Shown here one piece after another: positions 27,695 through 50,090 of a stretch of DNA of 64,000 nt. The notes beneath the pieces are model-generated. The model ran no database searches. It worked only from the letters and a program-made list of their open reading frames with translations, and had not been told where the DNA came from. Positions within the stretch are counted from its first letter, which is position 1. Each line of letters starts with the position of its first letter. Location of the stretch: assembly GCA_013265495.1 (NCBI GenBank), contig MU060965.1:558001-622000 (forward strand). The letters are read 5' to 3'. Source of the DNA: Vicugna vicugna. Lineage: Eukaryota. The position numbers and the translations under genes were made by a program.

Positions 27695-29010
27695 CAGCGA
27701 AGGAGAAATTCTTCCTTGCGCGCAGGTGCCCTGCTCTTCCCGCTCTCGCTCCTTTGGGAGGGTGTGGAGGGCAGGCAGCAGGAGGGCGGGCCGGACCCCG
27801 ACTCTCACCTGTCGCTGACCTGCTTCCGGCTCTGAGACGAGGGGCAGCAGGTGACCGAGGTGGCGGCCCCACGGGGGTCTCCCACCACTGCCTTCCTGCT
27901 GCGCCCCTCCCTGAGCGCACACCTGGCAGTGCCCAGGCAGGGCCCTTGTCTCTGAGAGCCGTTGCTGGGGGCAGGGGGCTAGGCTCTTCAAGACTTTTTC
28001 GTGTGTCTCTGAGGAATGCACAGCCGTGCAGCCCAGAGACGGAACGCACCCCACTCCCTGAGCGTGATTTTGAAACGCAGATTGTGTGCCAAGGGGACCC
28101 CACGGTCCTGGAGCTCTCGGGGGCTGTGTGGTGGCTGCGGGGCCACAGCAGGTTCTGGGCTGGGGACACTCGGCCCTGCAGCATACTGGGTCCCCGGGGC
28201 GCCCATCCCAGCCCCGAGTTTCTGGGTGAGCTAGCCTGCGTGGGGCCTGAACCCGCAGGCCGTCTCGAGATGCAGCCAGAACCAGGAGGCCTTGGCGGTT
28301 TGCCCAGTGGGGGCCGTGACAACCGCTCCCTGGGGCATCCGACTGCGGCCAGGTAGAAAGGGCAGCCTGGCAAAGATGCTGCGCGGCAGAGGCCTCTCCA
28401 CTGACGCAGAGCTCACAACCTCTGGCCTTGTGAGGCGGTTCCCTCACTGCCACTCCCAGGCCTTCCCGCTGAGGGAGCTGTGCAGCCAAATTTGAGGTTC
28501 CTTTGGGACCAAGAAAACCCCTCAAGCCGTCATGCTCATTTTCTTCAGGATGATTTAGTTTGTCAGCAAATTGAACAGCCCAGAATTCAGATGCAATTGC
28601 GCCATTTTAGCTTGAACTCATAATTGCTTAATGGACCAATCCTCTGCATGTTCCTTAACTGTTCCCATTCACAACTTTGGGATTTTAGGGCCGTAAAAAC
28701 GCGGAATGCTGCACTGGGCTGCAGTCTAATTGCCCACAGCCTGCGAGCCTGGGACCCAGAGTGCCCAGGCCTGAAGCCACAGGGCAGCAGCTGGTGTCCC
28801 CGGAAGAAACGCCGCCCTGGTCTGGAGAGGACAGAGATGCTCTGGGAGTGAGCAAAGGGTGAGTTCTTTCTGGAAGTCTTTGAAATCTTCCACACTCAGT
28901 CTCTGAATTCCCAACAGGGAAAGTGTGTGCACTGCACACTCGTTATCAAAATGACCTTCTCCAGACACGCGCTAGGGGGGAGGGGACGCAGGAGAGGGCA
29001 TGGGGAAGGG

Positions 29011-29157
29011 CAGCTGTGCCCTGGGTGTGCCTCAGCTGTGTCTCAGGTGTGTCCCTAGTGTCCCCCACATGTGCCCCAGGTGTGTCCCAGGTGGTGTCCC
29101 CCAGGTGTGCCCCAGGTATCCCCCAGGTGTCTCCCAGGTGTCCCCCAGGGTGTCCCT
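29011..29157 (+). repeat. Degenerate ~11-bp minisatellite (CCCCAGGTGT[G/C])n
   Basis: About ten imperfect units visible directly, with six CAGGTG. Confidence 0.85.
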
Positions 29158-29691
29158 GGCCTCTTCACCCCCCTCGCTCTCTGTGGGGCCTCAGCCCTGG
29201 GTGCAGCTGGGGGCCTCCTGCTCCTCACCCTGCCTTCACTGGCTTCTCAGTGTCTCTGCTTTGCCAGCACTCCCCAGGGGAGTGGGGGCTGATCCCTCAC
29301 CCAGCGCCGGGGCTACCTGAGGCCGTTGGTCATGGTGACACAGCTGCTCTCAGTGTCAGCGCGGGGTGGAGTTTGGTCCTGGCAGGCTGACCGGCCCCCT
29401 GGCCGGTGGTCACTCCTCAACTCCTAGCATAGCTGATTTTCTTCCCACTTGCTGTTTCTCTAGGGACAAAAGTGAAGCCTCGTGGGGAAACACAGCTGTC
29501 TTCGTGAATTCACATCCCCGGCCCCTCCCTTCACTTGGGCCTCGTGTCCCCACGGGGAAGCCGGCGGACGGTCCGGCCCTTCGACTTGGGTCCGAGGGCA
29601 GACAGGCGGCTCTGGGCTCCCGCGTGGTGTGGCCGTCGGGGGTGTGTCCTTCCCTGCGAGAAGGAGGGGAGGAGCCAGACAGGGCGGCTGC

Positions 29692-29779
29692 TCTAATCCA
29701 TCTGGAGCGGCTTAGGGATTGTCTTTTTCTGGCACCTGCTGCGCCCTGAGCGTCCTCCACTCCGGCCGGGCGGGCTTAG
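29692..29779 (+). promoter_or_regulatory. GRK1 photoreceptor promoter, CRX/OTX-type sites
   Basis: TCTAATCC at 29692-29699; GGCTTAG (CTAAGCC on minus) at 29709-29715 and 29773-29779; no TATA box; 150-235 nt upstream of the ATG. Confidence 0.7.
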
Positions 29780-29926
29780 CCTGAGCTGCGTCTGCCGGGC
29801 TCCCGGGGCCGCAGCTGGGCCGACTTCCCATCCCCAGAGGGCAGGCGCGGGCCACAGACCAAGGGCAGCGGGTCAGGCCAGCTCGGGACGCGGTGCCTGA
29901 CGCGACGGGAGGGAGTGGGCCCCAGG

Positions 29927-41016
<11,090 letters not shown>

Positions 41017-41418
41017 ATGACCGGGCCTCCGGGAGTCAGCGGAGCTGCCAGCAGTGAACGACCAGCCCCCCGCCAGGCCACCTGCATGGCCGTGGCTGAG
41101 CTGCTTTCTCCCGGGCACCCGGGCAGGAGGGTGGAGGCTGGTCTGGCCAGATCTACCAGGCTGGGTCAGGAGCCCCAGCCTGTAAGCTGTACCTGGATGG
41201 AACCCGCCGACCTCGCAGGGCTCTCCAGGGCCCCCGCAGTGGACGTGCGCGCTGGTGGAGGTTTGGTGTCCTGCCACCGTAACTGCACCTTCCCAGAGCC
41301 CTGCCTTCTCTCGGTTGGGTCAGAGGTTGGCAATCCGCGGCCTGTGGCTGGAGAGGCCCAGACCTCGGGCCTGGCTTGTTTCCTCGGCACCCGGATCTTG
41401 TCCCCACCCTCCAGCCAC

Positions 41419-41471
41419 CTGGTCACTGCCAGGGCCCAGGCTGGTCACCGCCAGGGCCCAGGCTGGTCACC
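41419..41471 (+). repeat. 22-bp tandem repeat x2.4 in the GRK1 3' UTR
   Basis: ctggtcac(t/c)gccagggcccagg at 41419 and 41441, partial at 41463. Confidence 0.85.
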
Positions 41472-42352
41472 ACCTGAATGTCGCTGTCCGGGGACCAGAT
41501 GTCCAGGATGAGGGGAGGGTGTTGGGGTCTGAGGGTGAGACTGACTCTGGTGGCCACCCCTCTTGGCTTTTCTTTATCCCAAGAATGTCTCCAGACAATG
41601 GCAACTGGTGCAAAGCTGCCCCCACCCCTTGCCCCAGGCAGACGGGACGGGGCTGGTCGCAGCTTTTTTAAGCACCTGCCACCCCCTAGCTCTGCCTCTT
41701 GGGCCGCATCCCGATCTTATCTCCCAGGTCTGCTCTGGCCAGTCCTGTGACCTGGGGTTTGCTGACTGAGGCCAGAAGTGTCCGCCTCCCCCATCTCCCC
41801 AGCAGCGGCAGCCCTAAGCCTCTCTCTGGTCTGACCAGCCCCAGGCACCACCTTTGCGGGGGTTGGTGTTTCCAGCTGCACCTGAGCCTCCCAGTGCCCC
41901 CGAGTGTTCACCCAGTTCAACCTGGAGAACATATTTTTGGAGCAGCTGCTTCTGGAGCCCCTAACCCGGCCGAGAAACCCGACACCCCACGGAGGGCTCA
42001 GCCTGAGAGCAGACAGGGGAGGAGCTGGGATTTGGGGCCTGGGGACCCACTTCCAGAAGAGGGGTCTCTGACCTTTTCTTAGGGGAGAACTTCTGAGTTC
42101 CCTGCCACTCAGGCACAAGTGGCAGGAGGAGGGACAGCTGAACTGCATGCTGGTACAGCAGGGCACCTGGGGCCCCGAGGACATCAGTGGGGCTTCTGCC
42201 GTCACCTGGCTGGTGCGGCTGATGTTGGGTCCCGCCGGGGATGGAAAAGTGCAGTCCTCCATAGACCCCCACATGCCTGGGGGTCCTGCCAACCTTCTAG
42301 CCACGGCACAGACAGCTGCCCCATGGGATTCAACAGAGCGTGGGGCACCTCC

Positions 42353-42414
42353 GTCCTCAGACTGTCACACGGAGTGTGGGGAGTGGCCCCCTGTCCTCAG
42401 ACTGTCACACGGAG
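42353..42414 (+). repeat. 22-bp direct repeat, period 40
   Basis: gtcctcagactgtcacacggag at 42353-42374 and 42393-42414. Confidence 0.85.
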
Positions 42415-45400
42415 CATAGGGCGCTCCCACCGTCTGCTCTCCCTGCAGCCGCGGGAGAGGAGTGGTCCTGACAGCACGACCTGGCGGCCATGGCCCTGCT
42501 GGTGCAGCCACTGCCAGAGGCAGGCCCCCGGGCAGGTGTGGGGTCGGACAGCCGTCAGGTGTAAGAGGCCAGCTCGTTGGTGGGGATGTTCCAGTGTGTC
42601 TCTGGGTCCCGGTGCACGGAGGACATTAAAGCCCCGCGGGATGACCATCTCTCCTGTGCGACAGTCACGGAACTTTCTGGAAGGGCCTTGCGGAGTGTCC
42701 AGTGTTTTTCGTCTGTGACCTGAAACTGCCCCTGTATGTCTCCTGGGAGGCCCAAGACGGGGGACCTACAGGGTGAGGGAGGCTGGGCTGTTGGCAGGAC
42801 TGGCTTTGTGTCCCAGGGTGGGACAAGTTGATCACCCAATGGCTAGAAATCCCACTTCACTGCATTCTGGTGCAAGAAAGACCACCTCTGATTTTCCTAA
42901 GCCCACTTAGTCTGCACTAGGTCCCCATGGCCCTGAGCAGAGTGATTTAAGCCACCTCGTTGGGTGGGTGTGCCCTCGGCCCTCGGCAGACAGAGACAGA
43001 GCTGCCCACAGGAGGGCCTCCTGGGCGCTCCCTGGGGCTTCTGGGCTGATTCTGGCCAACCCGATAACTGACAAAACCCAGGAAAGTCGTAGTTGGTCTG
43101 CAGTAACGGAATCCTTGGGCACCAAGGGTCCCGTCAGATGCTGTGTCCTCGGCCGGTCCTGCTGCCTGCACCGCCCGCTGTGCCCCGGACTCAGAGACCC
43201 GCCCGGCGCCGGGCCTGAGTGGTGGGGCAGGTGAAACCCACCTCGTCCCCAGGCCCCGCTGTCCACAAGCAAGGCCCTACTCCAGCCCTTGGGTGGGTAA
43301 CAGGGCCTTCGATTAGATGGGACACCTGGCAGGGTGGGGCCTGCGGTGACAGACACCTGAGGCACAGTGGATGGTGGGGCCCCTGTGCACAGGGCTTTGG
43401 TCTTCAGTCTCGCAATTCCCCGAGGTAAGGACGCCCCTTCGTGGGTGTAGTCACCCCCACCCCCTGCCCCAGAGAAGCATCTTGGTGAGACAGCGCAGGG
43501 CAGACTGGCGTCTCGGAGACTCGAGCTCCAATCACCTTCAGATTTGAAAACAATCTGAGTGGATTTTGGTTGTGGGCATGATGGTGCTGGCGAACTACCC
43601 CACCCCCACCGCCCAACCCCGGCCTGCAGCTGAAACCACTGCTGGGAGCTAGCTGAGGCTCTGATGGTGGAGAGGGCAGGGGCCCAGGACCACCGGTGCA
43701 GTGCCAGAGAAAGCACACAGGGCCCCAGGAGAGGCTGCTCTCTGTGCCGAGGGGCGGTGGAGGAGGGCTGGCAGGTGGAAAGCAAGGCGAAGTGGGGACT
43801 GCGCTTTGATGAGGCCACGACCCCCCCTGGGCTGTGCCAAGGGGCCCCGTGGGAACCCGGGCTTCCTCCCGCTCTGCCCACCTGGCGGGAATGACCACCC
43901 CCAGCAACAGGAATGGCCCCCGACCCCCAACCAGCACGGCAGAGGCCACCTGCAGTAACCGGTGCTGCCCCCACCGCCCCGGGCGCCAGGGAGCCCGGGG
44001 TCTGTAACATGACCCCCAGATGTCCAGGACACTGCGAAGGTCACCCATCAGCCAGGAGCCCCCACCCCCAGCTGGACTGAGCAAACCTGTCAACAAAGTC
44101 AGCATGCAGCCACGGCCAGTGGGGTCACCGATGGCCCCAGCGAGTGATCACCCAGCACCTGAAGGAAGTAGAAACAGACAATCTCAGCAAAGGGATAGGG
44201 CTGTGAGCCCCGGGGTCGGGATGGAGGGGTTGTTCCAGGCTGTCTGGCAATGCCTGGCAGAACACAGTCCAGTCCTGGACCAAAGTCTGTGTCATCCCCC
44301 CTTGGTGGCTCTTGGGGACAGTGTGGGCCAGCCGTGTGCTCTCAGGGGCCCAGCCAGGGTGACAGAGGGACCGCTCCTGCTGATCCCTTGGACTCGGTCA
44401 CACGTCCAACATGTCTCGGTGACCTTTCTACTGGGCTCACTGTTAGATCCTCACAGCCAGCTGGGTGTCCCTGTGTTTGGTCTTCACAGAGCTGGATGGG
44501 CCCAGGCCCTGCAGCGAGCGTTCAGATGTGCAAGGAGGGTCATTCCCACAGACGGGTGGGCAGTGAGGCGTGGGATCCCAGGTGCCCCGGGAACCCCTCA
44601 GCACAGTCCAGTGGGGGGTTGGGTCCTCGTCACAGCCCATGGTGTGACGACCCCGACTGGAAATAAAACGAAGAGGTTACCGACATTTTGTAAGCTCACA
44701 GAAGACCAGTTGGAAAGGAAGCCTCTGTTTGAAAATAAGTTTAGAAATCGTACGAGACAGGCTCTTGGGTACCACCCAGACGATTTAACACGAATAAGCC
44801 TTGATGCGGCTCTGTACAAACCAGACCTCAGTCCCCCAGTGGCAGCGGAACAGTGTTTTCCGGTTTGTCCTTCTTACAGGCGGGATGGAGGGCCGAGGAG
44901 ATGGAGTTCACCCAGGCCGGGGCCTCGGGGTGTGATGGCACAGGTGGTCCAGGCCGGGGCACCTGCCCCGGCTCCTTGCCCAGCCCTGTGGGCTGGGGGC
45001 CGCGGGGCGTCAGTACTGGGTGTGGGCCGTGGGCGCGGAGGCCAGGCCTGCACGTCACAGGAGGCGGCGGGGCTGCACCCCCAGGGCCGGGAGGTGCCCT
45101 TATAGGGGTCAGGGCTGGGCCCCCACTTCCTGCGGGCACGGAGACTGAGCCTTGGGAGGAGAGTCTCCCTGCGAGGGCTCATCCGAGGGGCGGGAGACGG
45201 TGGCTGCACGATCTTCCAGGGAAGCCCCCACAGCATTTGTGGTTGGAAACACTGGTGCCTCAGAGAACATCTCCCGTCTGGCCCCGCTGCCCCGCCGGGC
45301 ACAGGCAGGCGGGGCCCTGCATCTCCCAGCCTGGTCTGCATTATTCATCCCCAGCGCACCTCAGGGCTATCTGCTTACAGGCGACTGGTGTTTTTGCGTC

Positions 45401-47794
45401 TGCACTGCCCTGGCCCCCCGAGGCCCACACCAGGCTGTCACTCGTGCTCCTTGCCTGCACAGCGGCCAGTGGCTGTGGACCTGGAACCGACCGGGCCTGT
45501 GCTGACGAACGGGCTTCCTGCTGACTCCCGAAGTCTTTTAACCCCTCTCTTTTTAGAGCTGGTCCTGGTTTCAGGGGCCTGGTGCCCACTCTGCTCAAAC
45601 AAACAGGAGGAGGGGACGGGTCCTCCTCCACGATCTCCCCCAGGTCGGCAGAGACACCGACCTGGCAGGAGCAGGTGCTGATCAGGGTGTGGGGACCATG
45701 CTCATTCCATCTCTGTCAACAAGGCTTTTCTGGGCGCCCCCACGAGCTCCACGCGGCTCCAAGCAGGGAACAAAAGGCAGGGTGCCAGGATGAGCTTGGT
45801 TTCCTCACAGGACTGAGTGAGTGCCGGGGTGGCCCGGTGGCACTTCCTCACACCCGCCTTCGTCCGGCCCCGGGGCCGGTTCCCTGGCGCGCTCTGGCCC
45901 ACTGCGGCAGCAGGGGCCCGCATGCTGGCACAGCACCCAGGGCCCACACTCCCTTCTTGGGTTGCTGGGTCATGTATTTTTAAATCACCCTGATCATAAT
46001 TTAAGAAGCTAAATTCTACACTCTTCATCCTCTCCCCTGTGCAAGCTGGAGCCTATGACATTCCTCCTTGGAGGAGGGAGGCCAGGGCGGGGAGGGGTGG
46101 ACGGGCAGGAGTCCCTGTGATTCTGCCCACTGGTGGTTTCTCCAGAGCCGAAGCCTGGTGCTGAGAGGTGGTGACTGAAGGAAGAGGGTGGTGAGCCGGT
46201 GCCCAGGCCAGACTCTGCTGCTGCAGCTCCAGGCCCTGGCCCTGCGGTCACCAGGCCCCGGCCCCCTCAGCAGGCGGGGAGGAGGCAGATGTGTGCGGGC
46301 CACAGAAGGCCACCTGAGCGTGGTGGGGACACCAGGGGCAGGCGATGAGGACCGATGGCCCGATGAGCCCCCTACCCGCTGCCAGCGTGACAGGTCTTAG
46401 GATCTTCAAACGCTTTACAAGAAGCAGGAAGGAGGTTGGTATCAGGGAAGACAACAGGCATTTATCATCACTGTTTTAATAAATTAGCTTCTTAATGTCG
46501 GTAATAATTGGTCCAGACCCTCTGATTGTCCTCAGACCGGTAGAAGACAGATTTCCTCATCTTTTCATAACTGCCTTTGCAAGAGCTAGATTAAATTATG
46601 TTTAAAAATACCCTGATCCAGACGATCGCTCCCTGCAGAGTTCAGCTGCTGCAGGCGTCCTCAGGCCCGCGCGGATGTACAAGTTGTCTGTTGGCATCCT
46701 CAGCTGGACAGCAGTGACCCCCACGCTGTGGCTGCACTGCTTGGGCTCCTGGAGGGGTGGGGGTTCCTGGGGGACTCTGACGATCTCTGTCCCCACAGCT
46801 CGACACGCAGGCCTTGGAGGAGACCTAAGTCTGCTCTGGTCCCGTGGACTAGCCTCCTGGTCCTCAGTCCTCCTCTGGGCGGGGGAGCAGGGGAGGGGGG
46901 TGGTCATGAGCTGATCATGACTCACGTGGCTCCCTGCCCTGTGACCCTCCTGAGCTTCCCCCGCCGAGCCTGCCTGGGCCCCAGCTGCAGGGCAGCGTGG
47001 ACAGAACACTCGGACACCGTGTGCCTTCTCCCCGACACACACAGGTGCCCCGGCTGGCAGGGCCAGGCCTTGTTTTCAAAGCGACCAACCAAATCAGACT
47101 CACCTCCTGTCAGAAAATGTTAGGAATTACTCTCCATTTTGGGCAGATGGGCAAACAGGCATCTCCATGACCACCAGCCGCTTCTGGATTTACTTCTCAC
47201 CCTCCCGGGGATGGTGTTGGGGGAGATGGCGAGTTTTCAGGGGCTGGGCTGGTGCTGCCCCACCGACCATGTTTCTCACCCGTCCTGTTCCTCCGTGCCC
47301 AAAGTGAGGGCTGCGCGGAGGGGACACCTCGCCTTGGAGGGAGGAGGAGATGTCCCCTCTTCTCCCTGAGCTCTGGGCTGAGGCCCTCGTACAGTAGACA
47401 GAGGAACGAGACACGGTTCATTAACGTGCAGCACACATCACATATCACACAGCATGGGCAGCGTCTCAGCGGAGGACAGAGGCCTCCCAGAGCCGGGGCG
47501 GGACCCAGGAAAGCCATCTCAGCCCCGAAGGGCGGCTACCGGCGGGAAGGGGCGTACACGGGACGAAAGTAAAGGGTGAGGTCTGCAGAGGCTGCTGGCG
47601 CCTCCCTGGGGTGGGGAAGGTCTGTCTCTAGTCAAAGGAGGATTTTCCGTTTTTAGGCAGAAAGAGGGAGCTTTTTCTTCTTAATTGCCTTCAGCTCAAA
47701 ATAATTTTTATGTGATAGAGGCACATTCAGGGTGATGTCTTCTGGTTCCCTCACCTTTCTTTCTCCCGCCGGAAGTCCTCCTTGTCAGAGCCCT

Positions 47795-48115
47795 CGAACC
47801 CCACGGTATATCATGACTTAAACACCACCACTTATTCCCGTATGACTCTGGAGCCAGGTGTCCAAAATGGGGTTCACCAGGCTACAGTCAAGGCGTGGGA
47901 AGGGTGTCTAAGGGCGAACCTGCCTCCCTGCCTCTTCCAGGTCTGGAAGCCACCTGCCCCCCCAGGCTCGTGGCCCCGGGTCCCCTCCCGCCTGGGGCAG
48001 CTGCTCCATCCTGTTCTGACCCCTCTCCCCGCTTCTAAGGACCCTTGTGGCGATGTTTAGGGCCACCTGAGTAATCCAGGCTCACCTCCACCTCAGGGTC
48101 CTGAGCTTAGTAAGC
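47795..48115 (-). mobile_element. MaLR LTR fragment (MLT1C/D-like)
   Basis: Recognisable blocks such as ctctggag..gtccaaaat..tcaagg, cctgcctcttccag..tctggaagcc, taaggacccttgtg and taatccagg; subfamily from recalled consensus, not RepeatMasker. Confidence 0.65.
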
Positions 48116-48184
48116 CCCTGTCACCGCAGACGGTGCTGCTCCCAGGTCCCGAGCCCCGGACCTTGTACCACACACATGTGTGTG

Positions 48185-48320
48185 AGCCACCCCAGCTGAA
48201 GGCTGAGTGGAGCAGGGCAGGGTGTCCACTCCAGGCCTTGCCCAAATTCCAAATTCACCAGCAAAATAAATGCTCTTATTTAAGCCGCTACGTTCCAGGG
48301 TGACTTGACGCACAGCTGTG
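48185..48320 (+). mobile_element. MaLR LTR 3' end fragment (MLT1F/H-like)
   Basis: cccaaatt...aaataaatg...tttaagccgcta..gggtgacttg resembles the MLT1 LTR terminus. Confidence 0.5.
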
Positions 48321-49339
48321 GTGCTGATAGCCTTCAAGGCCCCGTCTGACTGTAAACACCTACCATCCTATGACTTTCATCTTCTGACCTCCTCCAAGCC
48401 AGAACGTCTTTCCTGGATGTTCTTGGGCAAGACTCGCAGGAGGGGTCCTCGGGCAGCCCCTGTAGCCCCTCCCTATCAAATCAACACCTGGCCAGTCTCC
48501 TGGTTCCTGGAGCTCTGTCTCGTGATAACTAACCGCCTGACTGCCACCCAAGTGTCAAGCCAGCTGCCTCCCGGTCATCCAACACCTGCTTCTTTCTGGA
48601 GCCTTCATGATGGCCCAGGTCACAGTGAAGCCCCTCCTGCCTGTTCACAAGGTGAGTATGATGCACACGGGGTCACCTTGGAACTGGCCTGTCTCCGTGT
48701 CTGCTTTCCCACCAGAGCTGGGCGCCTCTAGGGCCCCAAGGCGGTGCCCACCCCCATGCCCATCCCAGCAGCTGTTTGGAGCAGTGTCTGTGCTCAGGGC
48801 CGGGATGGGAGGGGCCTCCATCCTGTGGTTCCACAGCCCACTCTTGCGGACCCCTCTAAAGCAGGCTCCCCTGTGGCCCTGACGTCACTTCGAGTCAGTC
48901 GTCTGTAAGGCCCCTGATCCCCATGAGCCGTCAGGCTGGCCTCCTGCTCGCCTGGCTTGCCCATTGGTACTGCCTCACGCCTCAGGGGTGGCAGACGCCA
49001 CCTCTCAGTGACGGAAGCTCTCCCTCCTCCGCTCAGCCCTCTCCCTGCCTTTCCCTAAGTCCTGGCAGCGCTGCTTTGAATGCACTCTGCCTTGCCCTCC
49101 GCTGCTGTGTGTGCTATGCACGCAGGAGCGCTCGCTCCACCAGGACACCTGGCTGCTTTGTCTGTCCGTCCTTCGCACGTGTGTGGAACAGGGTCCAGTA
49201 TATGCAGTGGACGCTGGACACAAGTCAGATGGCGTCTGTGAGTGAACAGTACTGTTTCCATGCTTAAAACTGCACGTAAATGGTACTATCCTTAATACTG
49301 TGAAACACTTGTTCTAGGAGTTGTTCCTATCGATGCGTG

Positions 49340-50090
49340 AAGCGCTTCTGCGCGTTAGCCACCATGCAGTGCGCCCCGGGAAGCGTCCTGAGACATCGCG
49401 GGGTGCAAGCAGCATTCACCCATTCACCAAGAGCTCAGTTTGAATACTGCGCGCCACCCTCTGAGAACAAAGGTGAAACGCGCATTTCTGCCCACGGAGC
49501 TGTGTGGGCAGTTGCGGGACAGACCCCCGGGGGCTGCGTGCGGGGACGCGGGGGGGCGCAGACACAAGTCCCGCGGGGCTCCCGCGTACCCCGCACGGGT
49601 CTTCCCTTCCCTGGTGTTCGATCTCCGGGAAAATCGGGAGGGGGCGGGAAGGCCGGGGGAGGGGAAGGGGGCGGAGCCAGGGCGGGAGCGCAGGTGGGAA
49701 GCGGGCAGACTGACGCGGACAGAAGGGGCGGCGCTCCGGGCGGCGGATCCTCGCGGCCACCGCGCGCTCCACCGTCGTCGCTGCGCAGGAGGAGAGGCTG
49801 CCCGGCGCCACCGCCCGCAGGAGCAGTCCCCTCCCAGCGGGAGCAGCCCCCCAGGGATGCAGCCGCTCCCGCCGCCGGTGCCCGGGCCCCTGGCTCTGCT
49901 GGACGCGACAGGTGAGCGCACAGGCGAGCACAGGCTCGGGCGCGCGGTTGTGGGGCCGCTTCCGCGGGGCTCGCCGCCCGGGAGCGCAGGCTCCGCGCCC
50001 TCTCCGCCCCCAGCTCCGCTGGGGACCCTTGGCGCTGGCGCAGGCCCTCCATTCACAGCCTCTGCGCTCCCTCCGCTTCTTCCTGGGCGG
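49340..50090. promoter_or_regulatory. CpG island / TMEM255B promoter with GC boxes
   Basis: Very high GC and CpG density spanning exon 1; GGGGCGG boxes at 49640-49683. Confidence 0.85.
49857..49911 (+). CDS. TMEM255B: TMEM255B exon 1 coding part
   Basis: ATG CAG CCG...ACA G|gtgag. Confidence 0.92.

Noticed and set aside
42907-45105. Long ORFs (367 and 361 aa) downstream of GRK1, including a protein-like stretch at 44655-44830
   Set aside because: No ATG start, splice structure or recognisable family; the stretch is an AT-richer patch around a likely polyA signal. A tBLASTn hit in other mammals would reopen this.
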